The notes under the pieces are model-generated. The model was not told the DNA's origin. It saw nothing but the letters and a program-made list of their open reading frames with translations, and made no database searches. Shown in pieces: positions 54,799 through 64,000 of a stretch of DNA of 64,000 nucleotides; position 1 is the stretch's first letter; each line of letters begins with the position of its first letter. The position numbers and the translations under genes are program-made. The DNA comes from Octopus vulgaris (Eukaryota), in assembly GCA_951406725.2 (NCBI GenBank), contig OX597814.1:115258001-115322000 (forward strand). The letters are read 5' to 3'.

Positions 54799-55216
54799 AC
54801 ACACACATATGCATATACATACATACATACATACATACATACATACATACATACATACATACATACAAAAATATCTTGTTGTTGATGCTGAAATTCGAAT
54901 GAAAGAGCCTTGCCTCTAGGTTAGAAACCGATTATTTCTCTCTATTGGCAAGAAATCTTGAAATAAAGCAGAGCAATGACACATACATACATATAGTGCA
55001 TGAAGCTGGTGACTTTACTCGAAATTTCTCGCTGGATACGATTTTTCATGCGAGAAAGGAGATGAAACAGAGTGAATCACCAGCTTCATACTAAAACTCT
55101 TCCTTTCGTTTGTTAAAATTTAATATCTTTTCTTAAAAAAGATCAATTACTATCACCATCACTCAGAGGTCGTCACTAAAATGGACATCAGTCAATTCGA
55201 ACGATTCGAAAATTTA

Positions 55217-55381
55217 GGCGCAGGAGTGGCTGTCTGGTAAGTAGCTTGCTAACCAGCCACATGGTTCCGGGTTCAGTCCCACTGCGTGACACCTTGGGCA
55301 AGTGCCTTTTACTAAAGCCTCGAGCTGACCAAAACCTTGTGAGTAGATTTCGTAGATGGAAACTGAAAGAAGCCCGTCGTA

Positions 55382-55420
<39 letters not shown>

Positions 55421-55640
55421 GTGTGTATCTGTGTTTGTTCCCCCAACATCGCTTGACAACCGATGCTGGTGTGTTTACGTCCCTGTAACTTAGAGGGCGG
55501 TTCGGCAAAAAAAAAAACATAGAATAAGTACTAGGCTTACAAAGAATAAGTCCTGGGATCGATTTGCTCGACTAAAGTCGTTGCTTCCACATGGCCACAG
55601 TCAAATGACCGAAACAAGTAAAAGAGTAAAAAAGAGTAAA
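55217..55640 (+). mobile_element. tRNA-derived CORE-like SINE, full length
   Basis: ggcgcaggagtggctgtctggtaag head through gaaacaagtaaaagagtaaa tail. Confidence 0.85.
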
Positions 55641-56379
55641 GAATATCTCTACGTCAGTGTTCATGGGTCATTGTTTCCCTGGATGTGTTAGTGTCTGCGC
55701 ATGTGCGTGTATATGTCACTGTTTCCGGTATGGCTTCAAAGTTAAAATAGATTTTCAATAACATCCTATTGTCACTGCTTGAGATATCATTGATCGAACG
55801 AATTGAATCGTTCGAATTGATTGATGTCCATTTTAGCGACGGCCTCTGAGTGATGGTGGTAGCAATCGATCTTTCATAACAAAAAGATGTTTCCAATGGC
55901 TTTTTTTTTTTAATCGGATCTGTCGATTGTAAGTCGTGACAGAAGTGTCCCCGTCTTTCGGTAACAGACTGGGATTTGAACTTATTGTCTGTACATATAT
56001 ATGTGTGGGTGTGTGGATGTTTGTATGCACAAATACATATATGAATGTGTATATATGAGTGTGTGTACATATGAATGTATTTATATACATGCATGAGTGT
56101 GCATGTGTGTGTGCTTGTGTGTGTGTTTGTGTGTGTGTGTGTGTATGTTTGTGTGTGTGTGTGTGTTATGTTTCGAACTTAGTTGACGTTTCAGTGTAAT
56201 GTTAATTTTATTTTGATGCTTCTAGGGATATTACTTCTAGGAAATTTCTCTTATTTAAATCTTTTTTAAGAAAAATCTTTCACTTCGACAACGCATGTCA
56301 ATTGGTGATCGTTCTATGAAGAAATTAGTCATTGACCCTGATGAGAGCTTTTGAGGACCGTTTCGAGTTATGGAGTACA

Positions 56380-56860
56380 AGAATGATGTAAATAATGTTT
56401 CTTCTGACGTTGGCAAGTTTGTTACTATATATGTAGGATCTTACTTCAAAGTGCTTCTCTCTCCAGTTTAGATAGGTTTGTTCAGTATTAGATTTATTTG
56501 TGGAGACATACAATGGCCCGATAGAAAGTCTTAAGTACTTCTTTATTATCTCCCCTTGACCATTTTTCATTCTTTTATCTCTTGGTTATTTGATAACGAG
56601 CGTGGATGACCATCTGTTGGAATATTCCAGTTGCTCCTGTGTTTCGGGAAGATTTGAACCTGTAGCTGATTTTTCACACCCAGTCTGGTTCCTCACTGGG
56701 GTGCGCGGCCCTAGTTGACTCGGGTGACGGCAGATTCGGTGTGTACATTGCTTTGTTATCATCGTGGCATGGATGTTGACATTAGGGGACGGATCTGTCT
56801 GTTTAGGGTTAACTTTTTGAGACAACACCGCCTCCGAGATCTCTGAATGAAAACATTGCT
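56380..56860 (-). mobile_element. R4/Dong-type non-LTR ORF N-terminal fragment
   Basis: Across a frameshift reads KWSRGDNKEVLKTFYRA...TYLNWREK...NKLANVRRNII, resembling the Myb-like N-terminus of R4/Dong ORFs. Confidence 0.5.
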
Positions 56861-57457
56861 CGTAACGTAGCTTCTTAAGGCTAACAGGTCTACAATCGTC
56901 TTTTTTTCTTTTCTTTCTTTTTGACAGATTTATCTCTAGGCATAGTGGTTTTGTGTTTTTAAACTCATGAATTGTTCACTCTGTCAATGTTAGTTCGAAG
57001 AAAATTGTTTTGTTATTGTTTTGCTTCGTTTGTGGCACGTGCTTTCATAGGCGCGTGTGTGTCCTGTAAATTTCATGTAGTTGTATAAACATTGGGGTGT
57101 GTGCGTAGTCCTGTAGATATTAAAATGTATATATAATTGCATAAACATTCGAGTGTATGCGTAATTAATCAATTTACGTACTTACTGTTTTTCTTTTCCA
57201 TTTATATTTTATAATTTGTAAAATGTCCGATGTTGATCTCGCATATGTTTCACTGAGACAACGAGCATGGGAGAAGCTGTGCTTTGTATGGCAGTAAAAT
57301 TTCGTTTTTGTGATTATTTCGTTAAAAGGCCTCTTCCTTCAAGTCTTCCACAGATTCCTTTTTTTCCATCCCACCGATGTTATTAGATTAGGTTTGTTTT
57401 TGTATGGAGAGCCCGGTGTAGCACGTCCATATTGTTATTCAGCGCGGAGCTGAATCT

Positions 57458-58012
57458 ATTATTATTATCATTATTATTATTCCCCCTCCACCCTCCTCCT
57501 CCTTCTTCTTCGGCTACCTGTCATAGGTCGATGTTGACTGTCTCTGGCAGACTCGTATGTAGGTTACAAGGCCTGCTCTAGATTTGCAGCAGTGATGTCA
57601 TCTGCTGCAGTTGAAGCTACTTGACTCAAAGGAGACGTGACGCCTCTCATGTGCTCTTTTCGTATTCTCTCTGTTCGTTCTCCTCAATGGCTGGGATTAC
57701 GAGACTCAGCGATCGGTGCCATTCGTCGCACCGCAGAATCTTCTCTTAGTTGACTGGGAAGACGCTGGAGTTCTTCAAATGTCTCTGCAGGATATCCTTG
57801 TATCGCAACCTCTGAATACCACGGCTCCACCTGCCTTGATGCAGTTCAGCATGGAAAACTGCCTTTGGGAGCCTGGAGCCCTCCATCCTACAAGTATGTC
57901 CTGCTCAGCACAGCTGCGATGAGGTAATGAGAGCCTCCACACCAATTGCGCCAGCGCGACTCAGGACCTCTACACTAGGAATGTGATCCTGCCATCTGAT
58001 ATGCAAGGTGGA
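57458..58012 (-). mobile_element. RTE-clade LINE 3' fragment
   Basis: Minus strand AGHTCRMEGSRLPKAVFHAELHQG..RG..RLRYKD motif; simple-repeat tail. Confidence 0.75.
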
Positions 58013-59198
58013 GCGATCAATATGAATATAATAATAAATTACGATGGAACACAAAAAAATCTTTATGGAATTTCCAGTTTTATTACGAAAAGTGTGATAA
58101 AAGAACTTTTGAAAAAATGGTAATTACATGAAGATTTTTCAATGTTTTGTAAACAAATACTGTAACATTTTTGAAAAATATATCTTCATTTTTAATTATT
58201 TTTTTATAACAGTCCAAAAACTATTTAGTGGATCAGTAGAAAATATTAGTAAAAATCTTACCTTGTCATCTGAACGATATTGAAATCTTTGAGTAAATAT
58301 ATATCATCATTTTTTATTTATATTTTATAAATGCTCTCAAGTTATTCAGTGGATCAAGGAAAATATTAGAAAGATAAAAGCTGCCATATTTGATGAGCCG
58401 TCAATTTTCGGCAGTAGAATGAAGTTTCATTTAAAAAAATTATTACTAATATTTCAAATTTGAATACATGCCTATATACCGAGGCAGCAGCAGACTTATG
58501 TATAAATATATACGCACATCTATATGGAACGCGATATTCCTATGTGTGTACGTGTGTGTGTGTGTGTGTGTACGTGTACGTGCGTGTGTCTGTATAGGCA
58601 CATATTTCCAGAAATACAGACATGCTTACGTTAAAAACAATTTTAGAATGACTTTATCTGCCAAAACGCTAAAAATTAACTGACCAACAAAAAAAACAAC
58701 CAAGATTCAACCAAATCAAAAAATAAACCCAAATACTAAGTAAACAAAGATGAACCATTGCCCTTCCATTGCGCGCGCACACGTGCACACACTCACACAC
58801 ACACACATTCATACACCCCCTTTTAAATACACACATATATTCACACAGATCTGAAACGCTGTTTGATTTATTTTTCAGCGTACAATTTTCATCAACCCAC
58901 TACCAAGTATGACATCACTTCTTCCTTCCTTATTCATCTATCATCCCTTCCTTCCTCATTCATAAACACAAGAGTATTATTATAGTAGATTTTCTCGGTA
59001 ACCATGGGAACTATGAAAAATACAAAGCCCAGCATCACCACCGGATCATTCTACACATCTGTGTAATTTTTCGCGCAATTCCACCAAGCCGTTTGACCGT
59101 GAACCCCAAGAACAAGAAAGAATAGCCCATATCAAATTTATATATATAGATATATATATATGTAAATATCTACATGTACATATATGTGTGTGTGGGTC

Positions 59199-59303
<105 letters not shown>

Positions 59304-59496
59304 TTATCCGCTAGCCTCTAAAGCTTTTTCTTATTATCTCACTGTTTATTTACTCGTGTTCCTTTCTGTTGAAGAGCGTAGGCTCGAAACGTAAAAGACT
59401 TTCTCACATTCCCGAACGTTAAGCTGATACACCTGTTTATTGTTTATACACCTGTCTTCGTCTTTTGTTTTTCTGACGCCATACTGAAGCACCGCC

Positions 59497-59549
<53 letters not shown>

Positions 59550-59553
<4 letters not shown>

Positions 59554-59833
59554 CCTTCTCCAGCCATCCCTGGCTCATAGGGCCGGTTTCCCGATTTCCT
59601 TGGCGTATAAGGTTCCCCATCTGGACGGAACGCCGGTCTGTCGCAGGTGAGCTGCAAGATGCAGGAGCAAAGAGTGAGAGAAAGTTGTGGCGAAAGAGTC
59701 AGAAGAATTTCGCCATTACCTTCTGCCGCATGGAGCTTAGGTGTTTCGCTCACACATCACCCGGTCTGAGATTTGAACCCGCCATCCCTCGACCGAAAGT
59801 CCGCTGCTCTAACCACTAGGCCATGTGCTTCCA
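59550..59833 (-). mobile_element. tRNA-derived SINE
   Basis: Copy of 15505-15820. Confidence 0.8.
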
Positions 59834-59934
59834 CATATACATACATACATGCATACATACATGCATACATACATACATACATACACACATATATATATGT
59901 ATGTACGTATATATATATATATATATATATATAT

Positions 59935-60430
59935 AATCAAGGCCAACAATAGACTTAAACTTAGAAATAACAGCATTAATAGAAGTTATAATATAGCTGA
60001 CCATAACATGAAGAATAATAATAAGCCTGATATTAGAAATAGAAAGGCTAAACCTGGAAACAAAACATGTAATTGTCGTAATAGAGAGCTATGTCCCTTG
60101 AAAATATTCTGTTTAAGGAGAAATGTTGTATATAACGTTGAGGTTTCAACCCTTAATGAACCTAAAAAGATATACATAGGATGTACGACTGATTTTAAGA
60201 TTAGATATAGGGCACGCACAAATTCATCTATCAATCCCGAAACAAGAAATCCAACCACACTAGCTACCTGCATCAATAAATTAAAACTGTGCAATAAAGA
60301 ATTCAGTCTAGATTGGTCTATCATAACGAAAACCACACCATATAATCCACACACTAAAAATTGAAATTTATGCGCGATGGAGGCGATCCAAATGCTCCGT
60401 GCCAACTAAAAAAGCTTGCTTAATAAGATA
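59935..60430 (+). pseudogene. Penelope-like (Naiad-type) GIY-YIG endonuclease fragment
   Basis: CNCRNRELCPL..CL..NVVY...KIYIG.T..FK.RY...TTLA..I..LK...W.I...PY...*NLC..E...LLNK. Confidence 0.8.
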
Positions 60431-60520
60431 ATCATCCTATAAGTATTTTAATCTAGTCACAGTTCATATTTTGGATTCATCTTAAAATACTATTGTATAT
60501 ATCGTCGTAATGTATCTTAA

Positions 60521-60980
60521 CCCATTCGTGCCGGTCGTCCGTTGAAACTGACTCTTAATTTATAAGGGTATAAAACTTGACGCAAATTCTGATTTGTGTA
60601 TGATCTATATCAAAGAATCTAACATGTTCTTAACGCGTATGCCGTCTGTATCAAACGGATTTCAATGAAATATTTTTCAGCTACATTATTTACATTTCAT
60701 GGATATTTGTCTTCGTTTTGTTTGTTATTAACACAACGTTTCGTCTGATACACCCTCCAGCCTTCACGAAGGCTGGAAGGTGTATCAACCGAAACGTTGT
60801 GTTAACAGCAAACAAGACGAGGACAAATATCCGTCAAATGTAAATAATGTAAATAATGTACATAAGTCCTCATCTCTTAAATATAGAACTGTATTTTTCA
60901 GCTGTTATTTAGGTCAAAATAATAGTACCTGCGAATTTTCAAGTAATTTCATTCACTAGAAAAATTTCGGCATGAATGGG
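60521..60980. mobile_element. piggyBac-type MITE
   Basis: TTAA|CCCATTCGTGCCG ... CGGCATGAATGGG|TTAA. Confidence 0.85.
60683..60891. mobile_element. Palindromic short retroelement nested in the piggyBac MITE
   Basis: 12-bp direct repeat tatttttcagct at 60671-60682 and 60892-60903; same family as 16455-16829. Confidence 0.75.
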
Positions 60981-61646
60981 TTAACCTGTAACTTTAACTC
61001 ATTATATCATACGCATGAACAGCTAAGCATTCGTTTTTAAAAAATTCTCTAACTTTTCAAGACTCCTAAAATTTTAATAACTCTTTGAATCTCTTAACTC
61101 TGATGAGGGAAGTATGGATAATTACTATGGTTGGAGTTAGCTCACCCATACCAACCTATATTTTCCCGAAACAGCCGTTAAACTTTACACTTATTCAGGA
61201 TTCCTCTTAAATTATTTTATACTTTTTTTATACTCATTGATTCTAATTCGGACATTCAACCTTGCAAGTACATCTATGTATTTATATTTATTTGTTTATA
61301 TGTTTATAAATTTTATAGATTCATGAATTTTTATATATTTATAAATCATTGTGTATTCATATATTTATAAATTTTAATGAATTTTTGTCATGTCCCTTAT
61401 ATGTGAACGTATCTATGTATATTTTGGAGAAATTCGACAATTTGAAATGGATTGAATGAATACATACAAAGAACTTTGAAATTTGCTTCGCTCCTTATTT
61501 TGACTTTCCTGAAGCTCCATTACAGCACTAATTAGTTGAGGTGTATAAAGTGGGCAACTATACCATTTTCTTCTTCATTATTCTATATATATATATATAG
61601 ATCAATAAATGGTGGGGTTGTGTTGACCGCACGTGGAGAAATGATA

Positions 61647-62479
61647 AGTAAGGAAAAATTTTTTTATAAAAAATGCAGAATGCTCAAATGAAAGAAAATT
61701 TTAATAAAATGAGAAAATGATAAAATATATAAATGTATATTTATTCAACCGGTTTTCGTCATTGTATGACTTGTCAAGAATATTTATGTTTTAAGAAGTT
61801 TTTTTTTTAAATTAGAAAGGGGAAAAAAAGAAAATTGCATTGTTTTTTGTAAAAGAATAATGATAAAAATGTACAAAAATTAAAAAATAAGTTCTCCGAT
61901 ACATTGTGAGTTCGTTGTGTATCTTGCGTTTTATGGTTGTTTACGAAAAAATTACCTTGAGGTGTTAAGATCCAAAGGGATTAAGAGCATGTGTTGTGTT
62001 GTGTTGTTAAATTCAGCATGTTTGCAGGACAGGAAGTAGTAGTAATTGTGGTCCTGGTTCTTCAGTTCCTGTGTTGTGAGTAAGGGGAGACAATTCTTTT
62101 GAGTTCTTCAATAAAACCCAAATTATAAAACTATCATTTTAGCTTCATTTGCATTATCTTTTTTATATAATTGCTTGTTAACTTAACTTTCAGATTTTAA
62201 CACTTTATTTATATTATTTTCTAATAATATAAATCTGCATAGACAATTGCATTTCAAATTGTCATATCATTTATAATAAAAATGATAGTAATAACAACAA
62301 TAGTAAAAATGATATTTAAAGAATATAAGTTTTAGCTTGAAGTGATGAATTCTTGACAAGTCATACAATGACGAAAACCGGTTGAATAAATATACATTTA
62401 TATATTTTATCATTTTCTCATTTTATTAAAATTTTCTTTCATTTGAGCATTCTGCATTTTTTATAAAAAAATGTTTCCT

Positions 62480-62483
<4 letters not shown>
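61647..62483. mobile_element. Element bounded by ~135-bp near-perfect inverted repeats (Penelope-like pLTR arrangement or MITE)
   Basis: 61647-61781 is the reverse complement of 62348-62482; arms carry a hammerhead-like relic ATTC-TTGACAA-GTCA..TGAC-GAAA-ACCGGTT-GAAT. Confidence 0.7.
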
Positions 62484-62537
<54 letters not shown>

Positions 62538-64000
62538 ATTTAAGATAGGTTGGGTATATAATAATACCACTTATTAAAATCAGAGCCGTTGCTCCAAAAT
62601 CCACCATAAAAATATGATAAAGATACACACGTGCAATGAACATTTCAGAAACAGGTTTACCTCTGCTTTGAATACATAGATAAGTAATACATATTTCAAT
62701 ATCAATTGATTTCATGCTGTGTTGCGATCTTAAACAGTATTCAACGTCTATTTCTAAAATATTCACTACGCTACCTCGTGTGCGTTCTTTACTTTAAACG
62801 TCCCGCTCCGTTTAAAAGAAACTATCGTAAGCAAGAAAAAATTTAATAAAGTCGTATTATTACCGTTATTTACAGTAATAATGTGTGTGTGTATATGCAT
62901 TTTCGTCGGAAAGAGAACAGACGTATAAATAGTCCAACTAGAATAAAGTCTGTCGACATTGTTCTCTGTGGATGGTGGTGATGAATTTTCAACAAACTTT
63001 TAAATCCGTTCCATATCATAAGACAAGATTTCTTCGTGGATGCAATGCATAGTTTCTGTTTATGTATAACACGTAACTATGGTAGTATGCCTTGTGTGAT
63101 GTAGTATAATTCACTACGTTCTCTCGAGCTTCGAATCCAACTCCATGTTTTCTTCATCCTGACAACAAAAATTTTCAAAAAATTAATGATAAATCAACAA
63201 ACAAGGAATCTACTTGATTACTCGAATAGCTGAAAATAGCACCCAAATATCCTTCTCACACTCTATCATCTTTATAGAAAAAAAAACAGGGAAGAAATAC
63301 ATTTGATAATACAGATCTAGATACACTTGACTTAATAAACGGATGGTTATTTCGTTCGTGCATATAAAGATTAGATACATGTAGAATGTTATATAATTTT
63401 ATTTCAGAGCAATGGACATTAGTTGAGTCAGCAGGCCGTTCTTAAATTCTTTCGTCCTTGTTACTGCTATTTCTGCTCCTTAACGATGCATTCTGTAGTA
63501 TGAAAGAAAAAATTAATTCTCTGGACACTATTGTCTTTGAGTCTTAGCACTCAAAGGACCGGCTTCTCGGTTTCCATGAAGTATAAGTGACCGAGATTAC
63601 AACTTTCCTCTTTAATTGGTGGCCAATCCGTTGTAGAGTTACTCATTTACAAATGAGCAATTTGAAATGAAGTATTGTACTCAAGAACACAACGCACAAT
63701 ACATCCATCCATACTTGAATATTTGCTCTTTTTCTCTCTCTTTCTCCCTCCCTCTCTTTCACTTTCTCTCCTCCTCTCTTTCTCTCTCTCTCTCTTTCTC
63801 TGCTCGTGCAATGTTATCAACATAAATATTGGTTTTTACATAGACACAAACTCACAAATTCTGCGAAGATAGTTGTGAACCTCAATGTATGACTGGTATT
63901 TAATTTATCGATGAATGAGGAATAAAAAAAAAGCACAGTTCTATATTTAAGAGATGAGGAATTATGTACATCTATTTATATTATTTGCAATTGACGGATA

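Noticed and set aside
56586-56977. Possible host exon on the minus strand
   Set aside because: No splice-consistent partners; adjacent frames resemble a retrotransposon ORF N-terminus.

Overview
AT-rich, microsatellite-dense animal genomic DNA; the tRNA-derived SINE families and repeat content suggest an octopod cephalopod (inference). The only supported host gene is the 3' part of a TRPC-family cation channel on the + strand: seven phase-consistent GT-AG exons at 9004-26178, about 470 aa, covering S4-S5, pore helix, S6, TRP box EWKFAR and the coiled-coil tail; upstream exons were not found in the window. Downstream lie (i) a ~3 kb rDNA-like patch with A/T-tract flanks, 128-bp subrepeats and a minus-strand 28S fragment that breaks off 6 nt before the R2 target site into a ~1 kb insert carrying three copies of a covarying RNA hairpin; (ii) a frameshifted RepHel Helitron facing a second Helitron 5' end; (iii) a foldback element with 8-bp TSD and an internal (TTAGGG)n core; and (iv) many SINEs, RTE, R4/Dong and Penelope-like fragments, several with minimal hammerhead motifs, and assorted MITEs. 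Most ORFs in the supplied track are microsatellite artefacts.
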